Counted from the first letter of the stretch, positions 1 through 13,707 are shown. The stretch: DNA of 64,000 nt from Hypanus sabinus (GCF_030144855.1 NC_082731.1:24738001-24802000); one strand, 5' to 3'. Made by a program: numbers and translations. Notes: generated by a model not told the origin, from the sequence alone.

Positions 1-725
1 ATATTTCTGTCAAATAACTGTGTATCGTTCTACCCTCTTTGGAATTATCATTTCCAATCATGGTCTTGAAAGTGTTGGAAATGCAGGCCTCTCCTGTAGA
101 ACAAATTGCAAATGCGAGAATTTGCAGAGGTTAAGGTCACTGGTGTGGGTTTCAAACCAATATAAAAACTAGGAAGACACCCAAAAATGGGCAAGGGATC
201 AAGGAGTAGCTATTTACATCATAACACATTCCACAGGCAGGAAACCAAATTAATTAAGAGCTTATTGACCTTTTATTTCGTTTGGCGCGTTCTGCTTTGT
301 TTCATAGAGGACACACTTCTCCGCTACGTAGATCCCGGTGGGAACATTTCCATAGATTAACCACAAACAATAAATTATTGCATTTTAAAAAATGATTGCC
401 ACTTTCAAGCAATAGAAAATATGCACATCCTGGAAATGCAGCCAACACTGTCATTGCTGAAGGGACTCAGCAGGCAAATCAGCATATATAGAAATGAGGA
501 CAGTTAATGGTTCGACACCTTTCATCAACTCGGAAGAAAAAGATGATGAGTGAGACTAAGTATTTTTGGAAATGGGGAGGAGAACTAAATACAAGGTGCA
601 GAGTCTCACTGACTCTCACAGCAGCTGTGCGGACTATGTCGTTTACCACCAAATCATTTGTAAAAACATATTCCCAGACTTTCATCATTCCGTCTGCACC
701 ACATCTGCGCAAAGGATGAGGCTTT

Positions 726-1140
726 TCCATAAGACCATCATACGGTAAGAGTAGACTTGCGACACTTAGATCATCTAGTCTCCTCCAGCATTCTGTCATG
801 ACTGATCCGTACATACCCAGCCCACACACTGGCGTTCTTCCTGTAACAGTTGATGCTGCGTCCAATTAAATACCTTTCAGGCTCTGCGTTAAAGGCATCT
901 AAGGACCTGACCACCACAGCTACCTGTGGTAGCAAATTCTAGAAACTCACCACGCTCGGGCTAAAGTAATTTTTCATCATCACTGCTCTAAATGGAGGAC
1001 TGTGTGTTCTCCATGGCCTCTACGTCCTGAAGATATGCCGTTCTATCGTGGACATCTTCCCACTGTGAGGCATCCTTTCTACATCGACGGTCTCTGGGTC
1101 TTTCAACGATCGAAAAATGTCAATTAGATGATCCCGTTAC
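726..1140 (-). mobile_element. CR1 LINE 3' end fragment
   Basis: Begins ccataagaccatcatacgg..., the reverse complement of the CR1 3' tail. Matches the 3' ends of other CR1 copies in the window. Confidence 0.6.
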
Positions 1141-1849
1141 CCCATCCTCCTATATTCCAACAAGCATAGACGCAACGATATCAACCGATTATGCCATGAT
1201 AACGCTTTGATTATCTGAATCAATATTGAGGACCTCCCCAGAGGACCAAAAAATATTCGCAATGCTAAAAGTGAGATCTCACCATTGCCTGTTAAAGTAA
1301 CAGCATCGCATTTCTGTATTTCTTTGTGTAGCATGTTTTAAGGTCTCACGGCTAATGCAATGTTTTCTCTGTCGTACAAGATCTGGGTTATAACGAGAGA
1401 TAACGGGGTTTGGAATGCTCGGGCTATCCAATGAGAGAACTGTTGATTTTTCTTCTTAGTCTGGACGATAGATTTTCGCGGTGTTCGCTGGGGAAAGATG
1501 AGGACAGAGACGCGAATGAAGAAAGTTGGAAGACCAAAGGCCAGCGACGATTGGAGGAGGTCGATGGTGGACGACCAGCATATCAAAAACCTCCAACATT
1601 GTGCAATAGACAGTTTCATGAGAACGGCCTCTTCATCTTTAAAAAAAAATATCTTTACTAACCATATAGTCATATTTAGAATTGTTAATACGCGGAATTG
1701 ATTTGTACCAGGGAACACATCGCGCAGCATCCACCGAAAGGATATTTCTTAAGTTTGGCCGGGCCGGAGGCAATGATCCCTTATACTAAGCCGCTAGCCG
1801 AAGCAAGAGTTAAAATTCTGAAGGCTAAGTTCGGGATTGTTTCCATTGT

Positions 1850-4800
1850 ATGTTGTGTGATTAACCCGAGCAATGAAACAATGGGGTAGATTTTTCAGCT
1901 ATGAATTGTTAATTCGCCTGTTAAGTCCTGTTAACATAGCGATTGCGGGCAGAGGTCAGATAAATATGGCTGGCGCAGCTCTAGTTTTATTGCCGACCAG
2001 CTCGAAGGTAGCGGTAGCTGGAGGCGGTGATATCAATGAGTGGGTTCTCCGTTTCTTTGGAGTCAGATGAAAGAATGCTCGGATTTGCAATGTATAATTA
2101 GTCCACGTCAACTGACAAAGAAAGAGAAATCTGAATTGCTATCGGCCCTTACTTCTCTGGCGAGGAAATGGAAAATCATATTCAAAGTCCTAGCTATGGC
2201 AGTCTCCACCTATTCCCTGGAATAACCCCCGTCCGTAAAAGGAAGGAAGGGTATGAGGCATGGGCGGAGCGCAACTCTCAGCAGCTGGGTGAACAGCAGT
2301 GTTCTGATGATGGAAAGCCACAGAGATTGGCTGAAAGTTTGGATAGACGGACCGCTGACACTGAGAGAACCGTCAGGATGTATTCTCCCGTAGCGACAGC
2401 TGTCCATTATCTGCATGCACTGGACAATGCTTTTGGTCCGATCCAAAGCCCGGTGGTGTTCATGGTGGGGTTTTAGAACATGCGTCAGAGGGGGAGAAGT
2501 TTTCTGCTTTTAATTTTCGGCGACTGAGGCAGCTAGATTGCTTGCAGCGCAGATGGGTATTCAGGCGGCTAAGGTGGATCAGTTAAGAGTGGAGCAAATA
2601 GCCAGCGGCCCCCAGTCCCATGACCGGACTGCTTTGAGTCTCCGACCGTCTCGTAAGACGTGCCCCCTCCGTCTTTTGTTGAGTTGATCAGAGAGGAACA
2701 GGAAGAGAAGAACTTGTCGGTGGCGCGCGAGGACTCCGTCAACAGGGGGCAGTCCTCGGTAGTTTCCCCTGCTGTGAAGTGACCACAGATAGCCTATCCT
2801 GGGTGTGGTAGTGGATGTTGTGCCATAGTTGAGAACTCAGATGACCCGGCTGTCATCAGCTGGTGTGAGCAACCACACCTCCTCACTAATAGATGGAAAT
2901 GTTGGGGGGGGGGGCGACCGATACCCCAAGGTTACGAACATTGATGTGGGCTTCTGTCGGTAGTTCTCACGCAAGAAGGAGAATGAGCCCCCGGGTAATT
3001 GAGTAGAGGGATCATTTGGGAAAACTTAGATGAGCTGCAGTGAGGTCTGGACTTGGTGTCTCAGGGGGAACACTTCCCCAGCGATGTACCGAGGAAGCCC
3101 GGAAAGCGAAAGGCCCAATTCCTGAAACGGTCTGGGTCCATGTTCCAGTGTGTCGCGGTGAATAGAGGGTATTTATGCTGAAGCCATACTCGACATCTAT
3201 TCCATCCTTGATACATTGGTAATTGTTTGATTGGACACTGTTGAAAAGGGCGGCGTTTCAACACGGCTCTTGTGAAGAGGCTCATGGGGGCTTGAAAGTA
3301 GAAAGATGACTAGAGCTTTCTGGGAAAATTATCAGTGTACCCGGTGATTCGAGCTGCTTTTGAGGAAGTGCGTGGTTGAATCTAGCCGCAAACCGAAATT
3401 ACACGACAGAATGTGAGGTGCATGGAGCCGAAGCCCATGGTAGCGTGGCCCAAGGAAGTAGCGAGAAAGATGCGAACCACTAAATTTCCCAGAATATCTG
3501 AGGGCAAAGCCCTCGTAGTGGACGCTACGGAACACCACGAAGGGGAGTCGAGGTTTCCTATTGGGATTATGGAGAGTTCCGAATTGTAGATGTCCTCGGT
3601 TGTACAGGCAAGCAGGATGGGAGTGATTGTCAGGAGCACTACGAATTGGGAGGTCGCCTTCAAGCACAGGATGTCCCTGACACATGTGTTCCCAGTGACG
3701 GGATGTAAGGTGTCACTGTGAGACACACTGGAAGAAACTATTGTTAAAAGGGGGAAATTTGATCGCAATCAAATTCGGGGACGCCTCGTTTCCTATGGGT
3801 TGGAAGAGGAGGTTGCTAGAGAAGGTTTTGAAGCTGGAAGAAGCATTTTCCACTGATGCGTTTGACGTGGGTTGTTCCACGAGCACGCATCACACTATTT
3901 GGGTCATTGAAGATACCCCGTTCAGGGAAGAGTTGCAGTGACTGGAATCCTGCAGAAATGGGGGACGTCCGGCAACATTGGTGTAAGTTGAAGGATGCTG
4001 GGACTATCACCGAGTCCTGAAGCCGGTAGGCATCCCAAATAATATTAGTTCGAGGTAAGTGTGGGATGGTAGGGTTGCTTGTGGACTATAGGACTCTGAA
4101 AGGCGTACCTTCCCTGCCTAGTACACTGTCCCGAGGGTAAGCGACGCGCTGGTCTGCTGAGTGGTGAAAAGTGCTCTGTCTGCTGGATTCGTGGTGTGGA
4201 TTTTACCAGATCTGCAGCATTTAAGCCGAGAAATAGTAAAAGGCATTTATATGACCCCGCTGATATTTTTGCAGTTCGAAAGGATGCCCCAGGTCATCTC
4301 AGCTGTTCCTGCAACTTCCGGTTCGTCATGGAGAAGACACTGGGGGATATTAACTTGTTAGAGGTGTTAGTGGATCTAGATGACCTCATAGTATATGGAT
4401 CCACTTTGGAAGAGAATGAAATGAGGCTTCTGAAGCTGGAGAGGTGCTAGATCTGCCAAACGGTTGTTAGATATTTTGGGAAGATAGTCTCGTGATTAGG
4501 GATACTACTGACTCAGCTGACATCTAGGCATTTCCAACTTGGCCAAGACTCTAGACTGTTATCGCTCTGCGGTCCTTTCACGGGTTTTGTGTTTATTATC
4601 GGATGTTAGTGGAAATGCTTTGCGAAAGGGAGTCACTCTTTGAATCACCTTCTGTGCGGTTAACCTCCATTGGGGAAGAAAGGGAGACGGAAAGTAGAGA
4701 AGGGTGTAGAGTACCCTAGTCCGTCTGAGCCCTATGCCCTTTAGAGATGGACTGTAAAATGTGAGGAAGCCTTTCATTCGCTGAAGTAGCTGCTGACACA

Positions 4801-4975
4801 GGCGCCGGTTCTCGCTTTTGAGGACCCTCGAATTCACACGGATGACCGCCGACAGGGTCCTGTATGAGGATCAGCGCCCCAGGTTGAGGCCCGTTGCCTT
4901 TGCAATGCAGTGTCTGTAGCACTTCGAGAAAAACTATCCCACGCATAAGTTGGAATTTTTGGCGTTGAAATGATT
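1850..4975 (+). mobile_element. Decayed Ty3/Gypsy LTR retrotransposon (PNMA-type gag, protease, RT, RNase H remnants)
   Basis: ORF 2168-2476 LFPGITPVRKRKEGYEAWAE...RLAESL...YLHALDNAFG is PNMA-like Gag. 3741-3941 WKRRLLEKVLKLEEAFSTDAFDVGCS...EDTPFRE precedes RT. 4161-4450 QFERMPQ...MEKTLGDINLLEVLVDLDDLIVYGSTLEE is the RT YLDD region. About 4925-4972 EKNYPTHKLEFLALK is an RNase H motif. Many stops and frameshifts. Confidence 0.85.
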
Positions 4976-5409
4976 CTTCACCCTTTGTCCTTATCAAGGA
5001 GAATTCTTCCGTATTTGTAAACGGTATACTGCAGACCTGGAAACCGTTCGGAAAGAGCTTTGATTAAAGAAACAAACATATCATATTATCACTGGAGCGA
5101 ACAACTTTCAACATTACTTTTGAATAACAAGAGTGAATTACGATATTCGGAGCAACTGATCGTTGACAATCTTTACATATATCTCCTCGATATATGAATA
5201 TCTCCAATTTATTTTTAAGATCTCCGTAGATTGTTTTATGTAAATTTTCACTATGAAATATTTTGTTTTGCCATGTGTTCGATCATATTTCATCGGTCTC
5301 TGTTGTGCAACATAAAAAAAAAGTTTTTTTATACATTGCTTTTATCGGTAATGTACAGTACATCTACTGCTCTGCTTTCATCAATGTGCTCAAACACAAC
5401 GTCAAATGA

Positions 5410-7030
5410 TTAAATACGGCATGACCTTCCTTTGACGGAACCACGCTGACAATTCCTAATCATATCATGCCTCTCGAAAATTTCGTAATTCCTGCCTTTC
5501 AGGATCTTCTCCATCAACTTAACATACACTGAAGGAAGACTCGCTGATCTATAATTTTGCTCGGCTAAATCTGCTCCCTCTCTTGAATAAGGAACAACAT
5601 CCGTAATTCATCAGTCCTCTTCAACCTCTACCGTCCAGATAAATTAGGCAAAGTTCATCGTCAGAGGCTCAGGACTCTGCTCCCTCTTTTCCAGTGTAGA
5701 CTGGGGTCCAACACGTCCGGTCCAGGTAACTCATCCAAATTCATGTTTTCCAAATGCTCCAGTGCATGCTATTCCTTAATATCTACATGCTCAAGCTTTT
5801 GAATTCGCTGACGGCATCAATAGAATCACCAAGGCCCTTTTCGGAAGTGAAAACTGAATCAAAGCATTCAAGTCAAGTCACTTTAAATTCATTAAATACA
5901 TTTGGTTTCATACACACTTTTCCACTGTCACTCTTGATTCTTCCTATTCAGTCACGTTTTATCCTCCTGTTCTTCACATATTTATCGTTGTCCACTGCAC
6001 TTGTACACTACGGTTCATGTACCCTACTCTCCTTTTCCAGTCTCAGTGGAATTTATCTACACAGAAACCCACGTAAATATCCTCTGAACATCTGCCCCAT
6101 TTCTTCTGTATGTTCCCGTGAGAAAATCTGGTTCCAATTCATGCTTCCAAGTTCCTGCCTGATAGCCTCATTTTCCCTCTTATTCCATATTAAATGCTTT
6201 CCTAAATTGTCTATTCCTATCCCTCTCAAAAGCTAATGTAAAGGAAATAGAATTGTGATCAGTATCTTCTGGATGCTCTCCCAATGATAGATCTGACACC
6301 TGACGAGGCTGATTTCCTAATACCTGATCACGTACAGCCTCTCTTATTGTAGGCTTATCTGCATAATGTGTCAACAAAACCATCCTGAACATACCTAGCA
6401 AACTCCACCACATCAGAGTCCCTCGCTCTACGGCGATGCCAATCGATACTTCTGCAATTAAAATCTCATTTCACAACAATCCTGTTATTATTACAACTTT
6501 GCGGAATCTGTCTCCTAATCTGCTCCTCAATGTCCCTGTTACTATCGGGTGGACTAAAAAAAAACACCCAATAGAAACTTACTCCTTCTTCTTCCAAACT
6601 TCCACCTACAGAGACTCTGTAGCCAAATACTCCATGACTCCCTCCTTGTGTGCATCCATGACTCTATCTCTGATCAACAGTGCCACGCCCCCATCTCTTG
6701 TTTCCCTCCTTGTCCTTTCTGACACATATAAAGCCTGGCACTTGATGTAACCATTACTTAGCCCCTGAGCCATGCAGGTCTCTGCTTTGCCCACAGCATC
6801 ATAGCTGCAAGTACTGATCCACGCTGTAAGCTAATTTGCCTTGCTCATAATACTCCTTCCATTAAAATAAACACATCTCTATCCAGCTGTCTGAGCGCGT
6901 CTCTTCTTTATCAACTGCCTATCGCCCCCTTGCTTTGCCTCCACGCTTTGTCTATTTGTGAGCCAACCGTCTCTTCCTCCGTTTCATTTGTTTGCTTTAC
7001 AATCTCCAACAATTTTAATTTAAACTGTCT
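5410..7030 (-). mobile_element. Decayed CR1 LINE ORF2 fragment (endonuclease to early RT)
   Basis: Minus-strand ORFs ...ETRDGGVALLIRD... and ...REAVRDQVLGNQPRQVSDLSLGEHPEDTDHNSISF match CR1 APE endonuclease motifs seen in the better-preserved copy at 31.8-35.2 kb. Confidence 0.8.
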
Positions 7031-7368
7031 CCAATGCACTTTTCAAACTTCCCCGCCACGACAGCTGCCCCAAAGAATGCCGGGTATCCTTTATATACAT
7101 AGTATCTGAAATATACATGGTATATTACATTTTGGTGAAAATGTGATCCTAATTATCTCATTAAATGTGAGCATCCACTGGAGAACTTACGTTAAATTAG
7201 TCATTAGCATGTCTTTCAGCCGTCAGATTTTCTTCTGCCATGTAATTATAACAAGATTGTACTTTATTCAAGACATCTTTCAAAACTGAAGTCCAGCTTC
7301 GCGAATCCGCTCTTTGGTCAGAATCGGATACATTCCTGTCATGGATACATAATTGGTAGACTATAAAC

Positions 7369-7394
7369 ATATATATATATATATATATATATAT
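7369..7394. repeat. (AT)13 microsatellite
   Basis: Read directly. Confidence 0.95.
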
Positions 7395-8970
7395 CCAGAA
7401 TGTATAATTGCTTGTGGGGATAATGTTGCTTACTCAAGTCCCTGTTCCTTATCTTGAGTAGGCGAAATAGTACTAACAAACAATATAAACTATTATATTG
7501 TCACCAACGAACAAAAGCGGCATGCCACAGAATGCTCACGAAACAGTAATATGCTTCCCAATTTAAAACATCTTCTCAACTGCGATCGATTGATGCCTGG
7601 GATTTCCGACGTTGCTTGTATTTTTTGAGCCGATTAAACGATCCAGAAGTTTTGCAGTCTTCTAGGGACAGTGAGTAAGTTTGTGCCCTGGACATATATC
7701 GATTCATAATTGTGGAATTCGAATCCATGTTCGGCTTCAGTACTGTGAGTAAACATTAATATAGACGAGGACGGTTTGGCAAAAGGAACCGGTGTTGAGA
7801 GTCGTCTATCTTCGTTGCACCGATCTCTCACTCGCTGTACAGTCGCATGGTGTATAGGTCTTGAGACCCACGCCGCAACATATGACGCCCTCGACATCTA
7901 CTGTCATTGGACTCCTTTTAAGACGACCATGGTGTTTTGTCTTTAATGTCGTCAACGCTGACCGCTTTCCGTGGGTATGGATTCACTCTGTGGACTCTGT
8001 TGTCTATGTTCGATGTGTTCTGCTTACTCTTGTAAAGTATTTGCGACATTCCAAAGAGGCGTTTCCGCTCTGCCACACGTCGGCATAGCGTTGAACGGAA
8101 TGAGTCGGTGTTTGGTCCTTGTGGACCGTTCAAAGATACTAGGTTTGTTGTTTAATCTTCTCTGTACTAACTGTTCGTTTTCCGCTTGCGAGAAATGCAC
8201 TTATGTTTTTGCTCGAAGGGTGTTTGATAGTCTTCGTTTTGCAGTTCATTAAACTTGTTATTGTTTCGTGGCTACCTGCAGGACGATGAATATCAGGGTT
8301 TGTATAATATATGCATACTTAGATCATAAATGCACTTTAAATTTTGAAAAAAGTTTTAGTCACATGTACGGAAATAGCTCTAGGCAATGTTTTTGTTATG
8401 TTATTTCATTAGAGGTTGTCAACGATGTTAATTGATGAATTCATTTTCCAAATAACATTGGCAAATGAAAACGAATGGAAACAAGGAATAGATAACGAGA
8501 AGGTCAAATTTTAAAAACAAGAATAAACATCATAACTGTCAACAGATGGTGCAGCGTCTGTGAAGAGAACAAGAGATTTAAGATTGAAACTCTACCACTT
8601 TTGTCTATCACCCTGAAGCTTCACGACCTGTTGAGCGTTTTTAAAAGATGCCGTATTTGTTTGGGAATGGAGATACCTTAAAAAAATAAGCTAAGTACAG
8701 CAAATGCAGTAAAGGCCGGGTTCACATTGTCGGTAACACAACCGGTTAGATTTCAGAAATAACAGCCACATTCTTCACCTCAAACGAGCAGCTCTCTGCG
8801 CCAGAGGGCAGAAGAGTTTTCTTTTTTCGCACAGACACTGCTGTGTCCGTTGTGGAAAGAAAATAATGAACTCAGAACCACAAATATGGAGCTGGTTGCA
8901 TGAAAAAATATCCTACGAAATCAGCGTCTCTGGGATAATATGGCAAACATTGTTGTAACTCCAATATGCT

Positions 8971-8978
8971 TGACGTCA
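8971..8978. promoter_or_regulatory. Perfect CRE palindrome TGACGTCA
   Basis: Read directly. It lies about 540 bp upstream of a putative V relic. CRE motifs are known in TCR V promoters, but function here is only inferred. Confidence 0.25.
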
Positions 8979-9510
8979 AATTAATTTGACTTTGTAGCAC
9001 TGACTAAACAAAATATAATTTCAGTAGAAGGCAGACTGCTGCACAAAAGAATAAAAGAGGCAAGTATCTAATGTCTCCCTCTCTTATTACTTATGGAATA
9101 TTATAGTAGAGATCGATTTCGCGGTCTCTGTTGAAGAAACACAGACAGAACCGGAGTGTCCAGAGGTGCTGCGACATTAGTTCAGTAATATTCTTGGAGT
9201 AGTGGTGAATCACTACATGTGGGTTCTCAGCGCACTGATGCAGTCAGACTGGATCACTCGGCGTTTGATCCTTTTGAGCACCGATGCACACTGACTGGTC
9301 TTCAATATGATTTTGCACGTAGGTTTTCTGCTTTTGAAGATCGCAAAAAATAAACGATTCCTTTGAGTTACAGCTACAATGGTGCTACAGCACCATCGGC
9401 GAGTCTCTGTTACGCCCATCTTATATTTCGATTGGCTATCTGGGAGAATTTGAATAACGAAGTTCACTCGACTTACCACCAGGTTAACAATATTAATCCT
9501 TTTTAACCAG

Positions 9511-9801
9511 ACAGTCCCTGAAGAAACTATTTACTCCCTTCGGATTCCAATACCTTTTCGGTTCACAACATTTATTTTAAACTTCACTTAGTGACGGCAC
9601 GTCTGTTAGATATAGACGGTGATTGTATCATCGGATTCACCTACACTATCATACAGAACGCATCCGAAATCCAGACAGATGATGAGTTCGATCCTAAAAA
9701 TGTGGTAAAAAGACTATGCTTTGAAGCTCTGCACCACATTCCTTTCTCAGTCTGGTAGACAGAATAGTGTAAAGGTGTTCGACATGACGCTAATAAAAAC
9801 T
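9511..9801 (+). pseudogene. Possible highly decayed V segment with 23-RSS
   Basis: Acceptor-like ttttaaccag ends at 9510. RSS-like AATAGTG (9763-9769) + exactly 23 nt + ATAAAAACT (9793-9801). The coding part is barely recognisable. Confidence 0.3.
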
Positions 9802-10019
9802 TAGAGTACAAAACAAAACTCCAGGTACTGGAAAATTTTAAAATGTTCTCCACATCACTGGCTTGATATAAATTCCGGTTCGTAGATAATCCGTACACAA
9901 GAATATTCTGGTAAACTGAATGCATTGTGTTATTCCATTTTCTACGTCAAGCTGCATACCCAATATGTTTCGGTTCTGAATGTTTGCTTTAGTTTGATCA
10001 ATCGTGATGGTGTATTATT

Positions 10020-10330
10020 CGTTAGACTGAAGGATGAGCCACGTCCTAGATGCGTTTTCTATCTCTTCACTTGACTTAAATATACATAGAACTGACCTAC
10101 ATAGCTGCCTGTGGCAAAGAAGTCCTCTAATTCACGAATTTCTGGATAAATAATGTCCTCCTCATGCCCGTTGCAAAAGAACACCCCTCTGTTATGACGC
10201 TGTGGTTCCTGGTCTCAGATTTTCCCATCATTGGAATCACCGTCTCCATGTCTACTGTGTCAAGGTTTCCCATCATTAGATAGATTTGGATCAGGTCACG
10301 CTGCATTCTTCTACTTTCCAGATTATATCA
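10020..10330 (-). mobile_element. CR1 3' fragment
   Basis: Resembles the reverse complement of the C-terminal and 3' portion of other CR1 copies in the window. Confidence 0.5.
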
Positions 10331-10379
10331 AAGTGGATCGTAAAAGTATTTTCAAGTATGGAGAAAAAATAATAAAAGG

Positions 10380-12160
10380 GAGCTCTGAGTGTCTATAGGA
10401 CCGCTAGAAAATTAGATAATAGAAATAATTAAGCGCGACAAGCAAATGTTGGATGACCTGAATGAGGAGTTGGCATTATTCTTCACGGTGTCAGACAGGA
10501 GCAGTGTACACGACATTACAGTGCTTGAAGGAAGAGACGTGGGTGCAGTTACTATGACAAGGGAGACGTTGCTCAAAAAGCGGAGAGACATGCAGGTACA
10601 ACAGTCTCCGTTCCAGATAAACTGCACACTAGGGTTCTGAAAAAGGTAGCGTTAAGAAAATTTGGCCCCATTAACAATAATCTTTCAAACATCCTTGAAC
10701 GCCGGCGTGGTTGCAGAGGAATGTAAATTACAAATGTCACGGCACTCATTAAGGGAGTTGTAAGTCAGAAGCAATAAACCGATAGGGATGTTAGCCTTAA
10801 CTCTGCGGTGGGAAAAATTTTAGAGCCAATTCTAAAGGCTGAGGTGATTGTGTACTTTGTTAGACTGGACAAGATAGGAGGAAGTCAGCATGATTTCATT
10901 CAGGGAAAAACTTGCCTGAAATAAACCTGTTGCAATTATTTGAAGGGATTACATGTAGGAGATATAGAGGGGGCGTAGTGGATCTTGTATATTTGTACTT
11001 TCAGACGGCCTTTGACATGGTGCCACACATGAGGCCGTTTCGGAAGTTAAGAACCCGTAGTATTACAGGAAATTTACTAACATGATCAGAGCATAGACTG
11101 ATTGGAACGAGGCAATCGGGATAAATGGACAATTGTCCGGATCGCTGCTGTTTAGTCGTGGTATGGGGAACATTTCTGTTTATGCAGATGTTTTAGATGA
11201 TTAAAGAGATTTCTTTGTGCTCAGTTTGCAGATGATACGAAGCTTGATGGAGGGCTGGCACTATTGAGGATAGAGCTAAGATGCAGAAGGTCTCAGAAAC
11301 AGTAGGAGAAGGGGAAATAAATGGCAAATGGAATATAATGCCGGAAAATGCATGGACATGCACATTGGTAGTTCAAACAAATCTGCTGACTATTTTCTAC
11401 AATGGGAGAAACCAAAAAAATCTGAAATCCGAAGGGACTACGGCAATATTGTGCAAATCACCCTAAAGGTTAACTTGTAATATGAGTCGGTGTTGAGGAA
11501 AGAAAATACAGTGTTAGCATTCAAACCAAATGTTTAAAATACAAGATCAAGTATGTAATTCTGAAGCTGCACAAGGCACTGCTGAAGGCTCACATTGCGT
11601 ATTTGGAACAGTTTTTTTTTTTCTGTACATCTTAGAATACATGTGCTGGCATTGGAGACATTCCACAGGAAGTTCTCAAGGATAATTCCAAGGATGAAAG
11701 GGTTAGCGTAAGAGGAATTTTTGATGGGTCTGGGTCTGTACTCGCCTGAATTTAGAAAGGTGAGTGGGGACCTCATTGAATACTTTCGAATGTTGAATGG
11801 CCTAAACAGAGTACATGTGGAAAGGAATTTTCCCATGGTGGGAGAGTCTAGTACAAGAGGGAATCCAAAACAGTGATGCGAAACAAATAAACAAAAACGT
11901 TTTCATCCAGAAAGTGATGGATTTGTGGAATGTGTTGCCATATGCAGCTGAGGAAGACAGGTTGTTGGGTCTACTTAAGGCAGAGATTGATCGGTTCTCG
12001 ATTGAACATGGCATGAAACGTTATCGTGGAGAAGGCCGTGAAATGGGGTTGAAAAGGAATAAAACGGATCAGCTATGATTGACTTGTGGTGCAGACTCGA
12101 TTAGGCAAATAGCATAAATTTAGTCTTTTGACAAATAGTCTTATGGTCTTAACCAAATTA
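10380..12160 (+). mobile_element. Decayed CR1 LINE ORF2 (RT) fragment with 3' end
   Basis: RT motif remnants (ttcagacggcctttgacatggtgccacac, related to DFQKAFDKVPH; gcagatgatacgaag, ADDTK). Minus-strand shadow ORF RSPLTFLNSGEYRPRP. Ends in a CR1-like tail tatggtctta. Confidence 0.8.
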
Positions 12161-13159
12161 CATATCATGTGTTCCACGTCCCACTTGCTTTACCTTTGCC
12201 ACTGCAGCGCTAAAAATTAATAGCCACATCTGGTAACCACTGTTATAATTCGAGCAAAAGACAACCTGTTTTAGAATCACAGGACGTGCACATTCTTTCC
12301 GACATAGGCACCGATTTAACATTTATACTTGTTCATAATATCTGCACATATTATAGTAAGTGAGCATTGGGAGACTGCTGAACACAATGTAATATATGCA
12401 CGGAGACTCACACATGCATATAACAGCACACGAACATACATAATATGCAAGAAACAATTGCTCCTTCACGTTTACGTTAATGCTTCATATATTAAGATTA
12501 AAATATCGTTGATAACTTTGTCCATTAGATACCGGTAGGCAACTTATAGATGTGAAAAGATGGAATGAAACACTGTTCAAGGAGATCATAAAATTACCTT
12601 TCCGTTTCCATATTAAAAACTGGTATCACGAAAGTATTGCATTCCGTACTACAAAAATACACACGACGATACGACAATGCAGAAATAGCTCTGTCTGATT
12701 GAATAACGAACTCCACATAAAGTGTCAGACTGGTTGTTTCGTTTCTTTTTGAAACCATGCTGCATGACTTCCTTCAATATATCTTGAAATAAATTTTCAA
12801 ATTCATCCGCACATCCGTGTTAATCAGCACTGTCAACGCGCACTGAATTAGTAACCACTGCTTTCTACCGTGGTTCATAGTCCAGCATCAATGTGTGTAA
12901 TTAAGGATGATCAGCAATGTACTGTGACCAGTGCAGAAGTACATCGGATAATCTGCATGTCATAGCAGCCACAGATGAATGATATTTTCCAGCATCGGTC
13001 TATGCAAGTATTGTTGTTGAGAGTAGAGAGAAAAAAAAAAACTTTCGACGAAATTAGCGAGACTGTTATCTAAGCGCATCGCACATATTATCTTGTAAAT
13101 AAAGAGCAGGAAGCCAAAGAACATTGGGGAGCTGATTTTCAAACCCACTATAATTTTTT

Positions 13160-13600
13160 TCGGCTCCTCCTACTTCCTCCAAATCAAGGGTGTAGCTGTA
13201 GCAAGCCGCATGCCTTGCCCTCCGACTCACCCGCCCCTTCCCCAGCTATGCTTACACATTAGTCACCTACGTAGAGTAGTAATTGTCCAAACCAAACACA
13301 GATACCGTTCCAACTTTCCCTAACTCGTTCTGTGCTACATGACCGACTGCTCTGAGGTTGCTTCCTGTAGCCTTCTTGGTTGCATGAATTTCATCAACTT
13401 CTATCTTCCATCTTCCACAATGTCTCCCAAATCACTACTTGCATTTCTGACTCCTGTATCTATCTATTTTACTCTATCCCTGGATTCTTCTGGAGAATGT
13501 CTGCTGATATTTTAATTCACCTAGTATACTCAAATTATCGTGTCGAGACCTCTTTTCACGCTGGTACTAGTAAATTATGTAATTTCATTTTCCCGTCTTT
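13160..13600 (+). mobile_element. Penelope-like element RT fragment upstream of NAR-TCR cassette 1
   Basis: caaatcaagggtgtagctgtagca (QIKGVAV, cf. Penelope QxKGVAMG) and tacatgaccgactgc...gaatttcatcaactt. Homologous to 25440-25850. Confidence 0.65.
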
Positions 13601-13685
13601 AAGTGTTTATTCAAACGAAGAGACGTTACGCCATGTGTCGTTAAACAGTCAGGGAGGAGTTTTCACATCAGTTGCAAAGAAACTG

Positions 13686-13707
13686 CGTTGAAACAGAACC
13701 ATAGCTA
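13686..13707 (+). promoter_or_regulatory. Conserved 22-nt upstream motif of the NAR-like V promoter (copy 1)
   Basis: cgttgaaacagaaccatagcta, 21/22 identical to 25895-25916. Confidence 0.45.

Noticed and set aside
138-170. cactggt...ataaaaact, RSS-like
   Set aside because: The spacer is 17 nt, fitting neither 12 nor 23.
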